From Candidatus Thorarchaeota archaeon (GTDB taxonomy: Archaea > Asgardarchaeota > Thorarchaeia > Thorarchaeales > Thorarchaeaceae): a stretch of 64,000 bases of DNA. Position 1 is the stretch's first letter. Each line of letters begins with the position of its first letter. The DNA is taken from positions 21,778 to 85,777 of the forward strand of contig JAOUFI010000002.1 of the NCBI GenBank assembly GCA_029858305.1, written 5' to 3'. A program made the position numbers and the translations under genes. Positions 27,224 through 36,328 of this stretch are shown here, in pieces. The notes under the pieces are model-generated. The model was given only the letters and a program-made list of their open reading frames with translations. It was not told the origin of the DNA and ran no database searches.

Positions 27224-29332
27224 TTATTTTCCAGCACCTGATTCAGATCCTTTAGTACTCTTGGTGTTTCCAAGCACCTTTTGGAGCATTTCTCGCATTT
27301 GTGGGGGAATGGAATCAGGATCATTCTCCAATCGTACTCTTAGTTTTTCTAGCATCTCAGGTGGAATATTCTCATGTGATCCCATCATCTCACTCATCGC
27401 GCTCATAGCCATACTACCCATTCCCATCACCATGCTAGGAACTAGAGGTTCAGGCTTTTCTCCACCATGCTCAGTGACAACTGCCTTTGCTACTTCTGCT
27501 ACCTCCTCTGTGATTTCTTCAAGACCCTGATGTGCATAATATGTTTCGTACAAAGACTTGAATACTCCATCCTTTGCGAGTAGTTCTTCATGCGTACCTT
27601 GTTCTACCAAGACACCATGATCAAATACCAACACTCTAGATGCATTTGCAATTGTCGTCAATCGATGCGCAATCACAATCGTTGTACGATTATTGAAAAG
27701 CAACTCCTGAGCATCCTGAACAAGAGATTCGCTATATGCATCTAATCGGCTTGTTGCTTCATCCAAAATCAGAATCTTTGGATTCGCAAGCATAGTACGA
27801 GCGATAGTGACCATCTGGCGTTGGCCAGCACTAAGATTCTTCCCACTCTGAATAATCTGGGTGTGATATCCATTTGCTAGTACTTCGATGAACTCATTCG
27901 CACCAATTATCTTACAAAGCTCAATTATCTCATCATCAGTTGCGTCAACGTTTCCATATCTAATGTTCTCCATGATAGTGTCATCAAACAAGTATGGCTC
28001 TTGAGGGATGAGCGACATAGCATGACGGAGGGAGTGCAGCTGGACATCGCGTATATTTTGATCACCAATGAAAATGCCACCTTGCAGAGGATCATAGAAT
28101 CTGTTTACTAGAGCTGCAATAGTCGTCTTTCCAGCTCCCGTGTGGCCAACAATAGCCACCGTTTCACCAGGATTGATTGAGAAGGTGACATTCTTGAGAA
28201 CAGGTGTGTCCTTGATGTACTCGAATACGACATTCTTAAAGTAGATACCATCACTCTCTTCACGTAGGGGAACTGCACCCGATGCGTCTACAATAGCTGC
28301 TTTTGATTCTAGAACATCAGTCACTCGATCCATTGCAGCTAATGAAGATTGGACTTGAGTAGCCATCATGCTAAGTCCAAGAAGCGGAAACATGATTCCG
28401 CGCACCAATGATACAGCGAGAAATATGTCTCCGAGTGAGAGCACTGGAAGTACACCAACCGCCAAAGATCCTGCTACAAACAGCATTGCAGCAACAGCGA
28501 ACTGACCTATAGACATCATCAAAGGTTGCATCGAAGTCATCAAGATCATAAATCTGAAACCATATTTGTACGCTTTCTGGTTTAGTGACATCATATGTTC
28601 TGCAAGCTCAGTTTCACGATTGAATGCTTTAGCAACATGTATTCCACCTAGGTTTTCTGCGATTTGACCTGAAACCTCTCCAGAGGCACGTTGGGAGGCG
28701 AGCATGATTCTCTGTCCTACTGTACCAAAGAGACCTGCAATAAACAAGATACCTGGTACGACAACAAGAGATGTCAAGGCAAGATATGGTGACATCAACC
28801 AGAGAAGAATAAAAGATGCTCCAAGCGTCAAGGCTTGGCTGGCAAAGTTAATCAAAACTTGGATTCCTGTACTAAGATTCGTCGCATCACTTGTAACTCT
28901 TGATGTGACATTCCCAGCTTGCTCAGCTTTGTGGTAGGATAGATCAGCTGCGACTAAATGTTTGTACACATCCTCTTGGACACTCTGAACAAGCCCAGCC
29001 TGTGCAATCGACATGATCCAGGTATTCACTCCACCCATAACCCAGGACACGACAGAGAGGGCCAAGAAGAGAATAGTTAGAGAAAGTAGGATATTAAAAG
29101 AGCCCACAAGATTAACTGAGTTAATCCCGTCTCTCAAGACAAGGGGAATTATCACACCAACAATTGTTGCTACGAGAGAGAGTATTGCACCTATAATGAC
29201 AATACGTTTGAAATTACCCAGATAATGTACCATTCTACCAAGAAGAACTCTTATTGGACGACTCCTCTTCTCCTTCTTTCCCATGAGACCTCGAGGACCT
29301 CCACGTGGCCCCATTGGTCCGTGCATGCCCAT
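27224..29332 (-). CDS. ABC exporter half-transporter (TMD-NBD), consensus-site subunit, with Met-rich N- and C-terminal extensions
   Basis: Walker A is GHTGAGKTT. The signature is LSAGQRQ, which is degenerate. Walker B is ILILDEATS with a catalytic Glu. The C-terminal tail is ...MVMGMGSMAMSAMSEMMGSHE.... ATG 29332 overlaps the stop of the upstream ABC gene. Confidence 0.9.
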   Translation of the reverse strand: MGMHGPMGPRGGPRGLMGKKEKRSRPIRVLLGRMVHYLGNFKRIVIIGAILSLVATIVGVIIPLVLRDGINSVNLVGSFNILLSLTILFLALSVVSWVMGGVNTWIMSIAQAGLVQSVQEDVYKHLVAADLSYHKAEQAGNVTSRVTSDATNLSTGIQVLINFASQALTLGASFILLWLMSPYLALTSLVVVPGILFIAGLFGTVGQRIMLASQRASGEVSGQIAENLGGIHVAKAFNRETELAEHMMSLNQKAYKYGFRFMILMTSMQPLMMSIGQFAVAAMLFVAGSLAVGVLPVLSLGDIFLAVSLVRGIMFPLLGLSMMATQVQSSLAAMDRVTDVLESKAAIVDASGAVPLREESDGIYFKNVVFEYIKDTPVLKNVTFSINPGETVAIVGHTGAGKTTIAALVNRFYDPLQGGIFIGDQNIRDVQLHSLRHAMSLIPQEPYLFDDTIMENIRYGNVDATDDEIIELCKIIGANEFIEVLANGYHTQIIQSGKNLSAGQRQMVTIARTMLANPKILILDEATSRLDAYSESLVQDAQELLFNNRTTIVIAHRLTTIANASRVLVFDHGVLVEQGTHEELLAKDGVFKSLYETYYAHQGLEEITEEVAEVAKAVVTEHGGEKPEPLVPSMVMGMGSMAMSAMSEMMGSHENIPPEMLEKLRVRLENDPDSIPPQMREMLQKVLGNTKSTKGSESGAGK

Positions 29333-31200
29333 CAAGCAACACCTCCTCTCTTGGAAATAGTTGCAAGCAATTCTTGAGCGCCAGGCAGTCTCTCAAAGAC
29401 ACGGCGATAATGCTCTGATTCGCGTAGCAGGTCTTCATGTCTTCCAGAAGCCACTAAATGACCTTTGTCGAGGATAATCACCATATCTGATTCCATAAGT
29501 GTACGCAATCTCTGAGTGACAGTAATGCTTGTTCGATCTTTCATTACCTCATCTAGAGCTTTCCTCATCAAGTACTCAGTCTGAGCATCAACAGCGCTTA
29601 CCGAATCGTCAAGAAGAAGTATTTTGGGATTCTGAACCATAGCACGTGCAATGGCTAGTCTTTGTCGCTGACCTCCACTGAGTGTCATGCCTCGTTCACC
29701 AATCATCGAATCATAGCCTTCAGGCATCTCTACAATGAACTCATCAGCTTGAGCTCTTTTTGCAGCAGAGATAATCTCTTCATCAGATGCACCAGATCGA
29801 CCAAAAGCAATGTTCTCGCGAATAGTCATTCTGAAGAGAAATATGTCCTGTTCAACTAGACCCACAACATCTCGAACTGACTTCGTTGATACATTGCGAA
29901 GATTAACTCCGCCAACTCTTATTTCTCCCTCAGTAGGATCATATAGCCGAAGTAGGAGTTTCAGAAGAGAACTCTTTCCTGCACCAGGTCCGCCTATGAG
30001 CGCAACACGAGAGCCACCTGGTATTGTAATTGAAAGATTCCGTATTGCATAATGCGGATTGTTGTTTTCTTCTCGACCATATCTGAAGCTGACATTATCA
30101 AAGACAACATCACCGGTCCAATCAACATCAAGAACCTCTTCCTCAGGTTCAGTCATTGGATCCTCCCAGTTAAGGAAATCTACAATGCGTTGAGCATTCA
30201 CGAAACCACCTCTCAGTATGAGAAGCATCATTGGAAATTGGAAATTAAGTCCCTGAAGCGCAGTGAGGAGCCCAAGAATTATAATCAACTGACTAACGTC
30301 CATAATGCCATTAATCACCGCATAGCCAGCATAAGCAAAAGCCACGGTCGTCATTCCTGCTAGAATCAATGCTGGTAGATAGAACGCTGAGAGCTTCCCC
30401 TCTTTCGCAGTTAATGATTCTTGGGATTTACTAATATCGTGGAATTTCTTAATCTCAAACTCCTCTGCATCGAAGGCTCTGACGACCTCGATACCTTGAA
30501 ACACGCCTTGTGTTATTGAGGTCAAGGCTTCCATGTTTTCAGAGCGATTCCTTCTCACAGGTTCTATAGCATTAGCATAGCGATATGAGAAGATCAGATA
30601 GATTGGAAACCCTAACAGCATGATGATAGTGAATCCATATATGGGGATAGCATAGCTTCCAATCTGAATGGTCAGCATGGTGCTTAATCCTGGAAGCCAG
30701 TCCATCTGTATTAAGAGAAGAGCTGTGATAAAGAAGGAAGCAAGTCCAGTCGCTATATTCCGTAATGCTGGATTGAGTGAGAATCTGACCCATTGGATGT
30801 CTTGCATGGCAACTGCGAGAAGACGCTTACTATCGAATTCATCGTGAAATGTCATACTATTGACTTGTAGGGCTTCAAAGAAGTCCTGGCGAGCATCACG
30901 TTCCCATCGTAAAGTTAAGGTCGCCCAAACCCAACCACCCACAAAGAAGAGACCCATATAGAGAAGACCAAATATGATGATAAGCCATACATAATTAACA
31001 AATTGAGCAGTCATTGCAGCTGTGTTCTGAATCTCTCTTGCTGCAAGTCCGATGAATACTGCAGGAAAGACTGTAAGTAAAGTAGAAACCATAGTTAGTG
31101 TTAAACCTACAGTTGCTACTGCTTTATTTCGAGTCATTCCACTGAGCATGTATCTCCAGGGTGTTTTTCTAATGGTTTCGCCGCCGTTGTTTCTAGACAT
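29332..31200 (-). CDS. ABC exporter half-transporter (TMD-NBD), degenerate-site subunit
   Basis: Walker A is GGPGAGKSS. The signature is the canonical LSGGQRQR. Walker B is ILLLDDSVS, with Asp in place of the catalytic Glu. Its start overlaps the padR-like stop (ATGTCTAG). Confidence 0.9.
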   Translation of the reverse strand: MSRNNGGETIRKTPWRYMLSGMTRNKAVATVGLTLTMVSTLLTVFPAVFIGLAAREIQNTAAMTAQFVNYVWLIIIFGLLYMGLFFVGGWVWATLTLRWERDARQDFFEALQVNSMTFHDEFDSKRLLAVAMQDIQWVRFSLNPALRNIATGLASFFITALLLIQMDWLPGLSTMLTIQIGSYAIPIYGFTIIMLLGFPIYLIFSYRYANAIEPVRRNRSENMEALTSITQGVFQGIEVVRAFDAEEFEIKKFHDISKSQESLTAKEGKLSAFYLPALILAGMTTVAFAYAGYAVINGIMDVSQLIIILGLLTALQGLNFQFPMMLLILRGGFVNAQRIVDFLNWEDPMTEPEEEVLDVDWTGDVVFDNVSFRYGREENNNPHYAIRNLSITIPGGSRVALIGGPGAGKSSLLKLLLRLYDPTEGEIRVGGVNLRNVSTKSVRDVVGLVEQDIFLFRMTIRENIAFGRSGASDEEIISAAKRAQADEFIVEMPEGYDSMIGERGMTLSGGQRQRLAIARAMVQNPKILLLDDSVSAVDAQTEYLMRKALDEVMKDRTSITVTQRLRTLMESDMVIILDKGHLVASGRHEDLLRESEHYRRVFERLPGAQELLATISKRGGVA

Positions 31201-31744
31201 TCTGTGTGGCTCCAGTTTTTAATTGATTAATGAGAGAAGATATTTTTGTAGCCATCTCCTCAAGATGGCGGAGCAATTGTTGCTGTTGCTTTTTATCGAG
31301 CGAATTTAATATAGAATCAAACGATTCTATCGAGTGTTTCATCCCATGCATATGGAATTTAACGCGTTCTTCTGGGTCCAAGAGCTTTTCCCAAAGGCGT
31401 GGTCCAAGCCGAGTTTTCTCTCCCACGGCGCCCTTCATGTGTTTGATTATTAGAACCATCTGCTTCTTGCCTTCCTCTGTAAGTCGATATGTCTTGCTTC
31501 GGCCTTCAGTTGAAGCAGCTTCAATAATACTGTCTTCCTCCAAGGATGAAAGCAAAGGATATATGGTTCCAGGGCTTGGGTTCCACTCACCTTCAGATAA
31601 CTCCCCTAGTCGTTGCATAATATCGGTTCCAGTCATTTCTTGGGACCGTAACAGACGAGGGATAATATGACGAAGAAGGCCTCTAGGTACTGATTGGGGC
31701 ATACCGAGATGTTCACAATCTTTATCCTGAGACTCATCGTTCAT
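31193..31744 (-). CDS. PadR-family transcriptional regulator
   Basis: LLRSQEMTGTDIMQRLGELSEGEWNPSPGTIYPLLSSLEEDSIIEA...KTYRLTEEGKK is a typical PadR wHTH. ATG 31744 was chosen. The track's 89-aa N-terminal extension has no homology and covers the divergent promoter region. Confidence 0.8.
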   Translation of the reverse strand: MNDESQDKDCEHLGMPQSVPRGLLRHIIPRLLRSQEMTGTDIMQRLGELSEGEWNPSPGTIYPLLSSLEEDSIIEAASTEGRSKTYRLTEEGKKQMVLIIKHMKGAVGEKTRLGPRLWEKLLDPEERVKFHMHGMKHSIESFDSILNSLDKKQQQQLLRHLEEMATKISSLINQLKTGATQNV

Positions 31745-31856
31745 TATTTTAGCTCCTGAATTATCGCATCCGATATCGGATACGATATAAAGATTGTTGT
31801 ATCTACATCCGGTTTCTTTAGAGGATTGACTCAGAGCAAGTTTGATAAGAATCTCC

Positions 31857-33746
31857 ATGTTCAACACTAAGAAAGCTATTGAGGATACTCCATTGGGTGA
31901 GAAGGCTAAGGTCAAGGAAACTGTACGTCTGTTTGAAAAGATCTGGCAGTTACCATCATTTCGAGGAATTTTGGGGATAATGGCTTTAGAAGTGCTAATT
32001 GTATCCCTCATTGCTACAGGTCTAAAGATAATTTATGACAAGACTGCCGTACCTCTATTGACCCTAATCCTGTATGTGATTATTCTTGGTATACCAACAT
32101 TCTTCGGCTCAGGTATTCTCTATCTAATAGTAACAGATGAGGGCTCTCCTCTCGATGCTCGGAGAACAGCAGGGTCGGTCATGTTTGGAAATCTCATCTG
32201 GTACTCCATGGGGCTCATTGGAGTTCATATCGACAGTGTAATTCCCGTTCAAGCTTATGAAATTAGATTCTTTACTGTCGGAGCTAGCTTAGGATATCTG
32301 ATATTCGCATTTCTTGTCAATGCACTTAGTGATCATAGAGAGGCTCGCAACTTTGTAGGAGCTGCTGCACCTCTCGTTCTATGGGTGATTCTAGAACTGC
32401 TGCTGGCGCCTTTGGATGATGCAGTGCCAGTGATGTCAGAATTTTGGTACATAACCCTCCCAATCATCCTCGCCGTCTCAACCTTCGTTGTTCATTATAT
32501 CTATAGATCTGTGAGTGTTCCCTTCGAGAGAGACCTAGGTATCAATGGTCCTGCATTGTTACGCGCCTTTGGGCACGATTATCTATCGGGAAATCCAATA
32601 CCTATCGATAGGTTGTTGACAGAGATATCTACCCCGCAGGATGTTCCTATGGAAGTCATACTCTTTCGTGATTCACAAAACACCTCTGAGCTACTTGCTT
32701 GTGGAGTCATTCAGTATGTGCATCCAGGCCCATTCAGAGATGTTGGGAGTAGTGAATTGCCATCAGTAATTATGGAACATGTTAAGAGGAAATATGACAT
32801 TCCAACCTTTGTCATGCACGGAACATGCACCCACCAGCAGAATCTGACAAGCAAGGACGATTACCAGAAGGTACTTGATGAGATTGATAGATTGATTGAG
32901 AACACACCAATGCATGGCGAAATCTCTGGGCCTCATTGGACAGATGGCGAGAAATTCAAAGTATGGACACTTTTTGTAGGAGAAAATGTTCTGGCAATCA
33001 CGACTAGTGCACCTGATTTCACAGATGACATTTCTCTTGAGGTAGGATATGACGCTGCAAATATGGTGAGACAACGACTTCCTGAAATCAAGGGAGTAGC
33101 AATCGCAGATGCCCACAATTGTATCAATGACCACGCAATTTCAGTTGTACCAGGAGATCCAGAAGCCACCGAGTATGTAGGAGCTGTATCGGGAGCTGTC
33201 TTCTCATACTTGAATGAACCAAGGTCTAAGGTGAAGATGGGTATCTATCAGGTATTTCCCAAGGACATCAGTCCTCAAGAAGGTATAGGTCCTGGGGGCA
33301 TCAGTGCGCTATCACTAATATATGAAGACTACCGATTTGCACTGATTTCAGTTGACGGTAATAATATGGAACCAGGTTTTCGTGAAAGAGTGATCAGTAA
33401 CTTGAAGGCGCAGGGATATGACGATGCAGAAGTAGTCACCACAGATACTCACGTGGTCAATGCAATATCTCTCTCAAGTAAAGGCTACCCACCCGTCGGT
33501 AGGAACAAACCAGACGAAACAATCGAGCACATCCTAGTAGCCTCGTTGAAAGCTAGAGAAAAGACTCAAGCTGTTCAAATTGGCCTAGGTTTTGGAATAG
33601 TTAAGGGAATAAGGACCTTAGGCGAGAAGGGCTTCGACATCCTGACACAGGATATCGCAGAAGCTGCAGGAATTGCAAAGCATGTAGGTACTCGTGTTGG
33701 CATTGGATCAGTTCTTGTGGCAATTCTGTTAGCCTTTCTTCTATAG
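31857..33746 (+). CDS. Large membrane protein: N-terminal multi-TM region, a soluble domain of about 330 aa and a C-terminal TM; possibly DUF2070-like
   Basis: About 7 N-terminal TM spans. The soluble part carries VHPGPFRDVGSS, VMHGTCTHQQN and TTDTHVVNAISL. The family name comes from memory of archaeal DUF2070 and is not verified. Confidence 0.6.
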   Translation: MFNTKKAIEDTPLGEKAKVKETVRLFEKIWQLPSFRGILGIMALEVLIVSLIATGLKIIYDKTAVPLLTLILYVIILGIPTFFGSGILYLIVTDEGSPLDARRTAGSVMFGNLIWYSMGLIGVHIDSVIPVQAYEIRFFTVGASLGYLIFAFLVNALSDHREARNFVGAAAPLVLWVILELLLAPLDDAVPVMSEFWYITLPIILAVSTFVVHYIYRSVSVPFERDLGINGPALLRAFGHDYLSGNPIPIDRLLTEISTPQDVPMEVILFRDSQNTSELLACGVIQYVHPGPFRDVGSSELPSVIMEHVKRKYDIPTFVMHGTCTHQQNLTSKDDYQKVLDEIDRLIENTPMHGEISGPHWTDGEKFKVWTLFVGENVLAITTSAPDFTDDISLEVGYDAANMVRQRLPEIKGVAIADAHNCINDHAISVVPGDPEATEYVGAVSGAVFSYLNEPRSKVKMGIYQVFPKDISPQEGIGPGGISALSLIYEDYRFALISVDGNNMEPGFRERVISNLKAQGYDDAEVVTTDTHVVNAISLSSKGYPPVGRNKPDETIEHILVASLKAREKTQAVQIGLGFGIVKGIRTLGEKGFDILTQDIAEAAGIAKHVGTRVGIGSVLVAILLAFLL

Positions 33747-33814
33747 CTATTGACAAAACGCAGGTTTCGATAGAAGTATATGTGATGAGAGAGATTGTCG
33801 AAGAACAAGGGGCG

Positions 33815-34387
33815 ATGTCTGTGAACAAGAAACGTGTCTTCGTAGGGATTACTGGTGCTAGTGGAGCAATTTACGGAGTCAGATTAGTTAGAGCATTAAA
33901 ATCAGAAGGACATGAAGTTCATCTAGTTGTAAGTAAATGGGGAGCTGAAACCCTAAAGTATGAGCTTGATATTGATGCTGATACATTAGGGCACGAAGTA
34001 GATAAATTCTATAATGAACAAGATCTAGCAGCAGGACCAGCTAGCGGCAGCTACCCTCTCGATGCAGTTGTTGTAATTCCATGTTCAATGAAGACACTAG
34101 CAGGAATCGCTCATGGGTATGCAGATAATTTGATTGCTCGTGCCGCTGATTGCGCTCTAAAGGAACGTCGAAAACTGATACTCGTTCCCAGAGAAACTCC
34201 CTTGAACCTAGTTCACATTCAGAATATGAAATCAGTGACGGAAGCAGGAGCAATACTAATTCCTGCAAGTCCTGCATTTTGGCATAAACCAAAGAGTATC
34301 GAAGAACTAGTTGATTCGGTTGTCGACAGAGTTCTATCTCATTTGACTGCTCGCAGGGATTCTGCTGCAACATGGACAGGAGAATGA
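33815..34387 (+). CDS. ubiX: Flavin prenyltransferase UbiX/Pad1 family
   Basis: KRVFVGITGASGAIYGVRLVRAL, VVIPCSMKTLAGIAHG, and the LILVPRETPL pattern. ATG 33815 is preferred over the track GTG 33782. Confidence 0.9.
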   Translation: MSVNKKRVFVGITGASGAIYGVRLVRALKSEGHEVHLVVSKWGAETLKYELDIDADTLGHEVDKFYNEQDLAAGPASGSYPLDAVVVIPCSMKTLAGIAHGYADNLIARAADCALKERRKLILVPRETPLNLVHIQNMKSVTEAGAILIPASPAFWHKPKSIEELVDSVVDRVLSHLTARRDSAATWTGE

Positions 34388-34396
34388 GCTCTTCAG

Positions 34397-36244
34397 TTAT
34401 CCCCAATGCAGCGGTACTCCACAGTGCTCACAGACAATTGTTTCACCAGGTAAAGCTCGCTTGATAAGCCCAGCTCCACAATGTGGGCAAGCAATTTTCT
34501 TTGGTGCAGTATCGTCGGTTTTTGTTTGAATCCTTAGGAGAACCTCACGTAGATTCTCGCGCATCTCTGCCAGCATGAGCTCCAATTTTGTTTCATTATT
34601 GCTAGCAACCGTGATTCTGATTACAAGATTCTCCTTTGATACTGAGCCGACAACAACAAACTCATCACCGACAAGTGCCTTTCCGTAGTACCATACCTCA
34701 AAACCGGTTTTAGAATCTGCTAGCTCATCGATAAAGAGGACATTGTGTTGCTCAATGATATTCTTTACAATTTCCAGCATCTCAGCGGGGTCAGCATTTG
34801 CATCCATCTGATATTCACATGCATGTTTGGTTTGAAGCGTCGAATCCATTAGAGCTTGAATATCTGAGAGCGTTTTTGTTAGAAGATAGGCATCACGTGC
34901 AGCAGAGGCATGTGCCAATGGAACAGATACAACTGATTCACCATGTTTGTTACATGAAAGCTGTACATCTGCACTTTCAGCCATTTCTTTGATTTGAATT
35001 AGATCGATGGGATTATGGCATTTATGGCATTCAAAGAGTTGCATATAGGTTCTTGAGAGTGTTTCTGGATGAGCAGTAGTAGAGAGATAGCGGGTGCTCC
35101 CATGACCGTTACGACATTCAATTTTTAATTCAATGGTGTTTTCTTTGACTTTTGAATCCCTAATTAGAATCGGTGCAGAGCATTTAGTGCACTTGAGACT
35201 CTCTTCAATGGTTGACTCTCGATCAATTTCAGATTCTCTAGTTTCAAGATGTTTATAGATATCAGGTTTGATTCCTTTGCGCATTTTATTATGCAGTGGG
35301 CAGACAAGCTCAAGTTCAACATTGGTACCGTTTACTTTCTTTCCCACGATTTCCGTAAGGAGGTCGCAATCATTGCACTTCATGATTCCACCCACAATCG
35401 CGTCAATTGCTTCCTCGTCAAGGTCCGTCGGTTGATTCATCTCGATGGAATGACCGTTTGGACAAATACATTTCAATTTGTACTTGTTCTTATCCAAATC
35501 GATGGCCCGAATTGAAAGCTCGTTATTACATTGAGTGCATTTGAGCATCGACCTCACAATAGTGCCCTCAGATAGAGCCTCAGTAATTTTCTCAATCATC
35601 CACGCGTGTTTTGCGGGCATCTCTTTCTTTGTCCTACCATGTGCAGGACACGACATCTCTACACGAGCCTTGTCACCCTTTACGGAAACATCAAGAACTT
35701 GACACGGTAAACCGCATTGCTCACAATGAATGAGCCGTTTGAAGACAGTTTTAAGAATTGAAGGATCAGCCTCAGTAGGCGCATAACGAATCTCTTTATG
35801 CCCATTTGGACAGCGATACTTGAACTCCATAATCCCCTTTTTATCGTCTATTGATTGCGTTGAGAGGATTTGTTTACAACGAGGACAAGTGAGCGAATCG
35901 AGAATTGATTTTGCACTATTTACAGTACCTTGGATATCTGTTATGGCGCTGTGATAGAATGATGGATTCTTTTTCTTCAACGGTCCATGAATTGGACACA
36001 GAAACATGTACTCAACTTCGTGTCTACCCAAATCTGTGTGCACTAGAGACATTGTAGAACCACACACAACGCATGTGAATAGACCCTTGTAAATTTCGGG
36101 AGCCATGCTATCTACTTGATACCGTGCAACGTCTCTCTTGCCTTTGTGACCGTTGAAACATTGACAATACAGCCGCACCGTGCTACCACGCATCTCGCTT
36201 CCGAGAATAGAGAAAGGTTCCTTACATTTCTTGCAAACGAACAC
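34397..36244 (-). CDS. Multi-zinc-ribbon protein: eight Cys3-His ribbons (4 x A/B super-repeat), an alpha/beta domain and a terminal CxxC..CxxC ribbon
   Basis: Units: CKKC..CQCFNGH; CVVC..CPIHG; CPRC..CPNGH; CEQC..CPAHG; CTQC..CPNGH; CNDC..CPLHN; CTKC..CRNGH; CHKC..CNKHG; terminal CPHCG..CEHCG. GTG 36244 gives MFVCKKC, matching the paralog's GTG-encoded MFSCKKC. Confidence 0.75.
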   Translation of the reverse strand: MFVCKKCKEPFSILGSEMRGSTVRLYCQCFNGHKGKRDVARYQVDSMAPEIYKGLFTCVVCGSTMSLVHTDLGRHEVEYMFLCPIHGPLKKKNPSFYHSAITDIQGTVNSAKSILDSLTCPRCKQILSTQSIDDKKGIMEFKYRCPNGHKEIRYAPTEADPSILKTVFKRLIHCEQCGLPCQVLDVSVKGDKARVEMSCPAHGRTKKEMPAKHAWMIEKITEALSEGTIVRSMLKCTQCNNELSIRAIDLDKNKYKLKCICPNGHSIEMNQPTDLDEEAIDAIVGGIMKCNDCDLLTEIVGKKVNGTNVELELVCPLHNKMRKGIKPDIYKHLETRESEIDRESTIEESLKCTKCSAPILIRDSKVKENTIELKIECRNGHGSTRYLSTTAHPETLSRTYMQLFECHKCHNPIDLIQIKEMAESADVQLSCNKHGESVVSVPLAHASAARDAYLLTKTLSDIQALMDSTLQTKHACEYQMDANADPAEMLEIVKNIIEQHNVLFIDELADSKTGFEVWYYGKALVGDEFVVVGSVSKENLVIRITVASNNETKLELMLAEMRENLREVLLRIQTKTDDTAPKKIACPHCGAGLIKRALPGETIVCEHCGVPLHWG

Positions 36245-36328
36245 ATCTATCAACTACCTTGGCGCAGCACGTAGTCAATCTCATAAATTCCTCGAGCTTC
36301 CTAATATGTACTCCGCATACGAGACTAA

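Noticed and set aside
31745-32011. An 89-codon N-terminal extension of the PadR ORF in the track.
   Set aside because: PadR homology starts only after the internal ATG at 31744. The extension overlaps the start and promoter region of the divergent 31857 gene.
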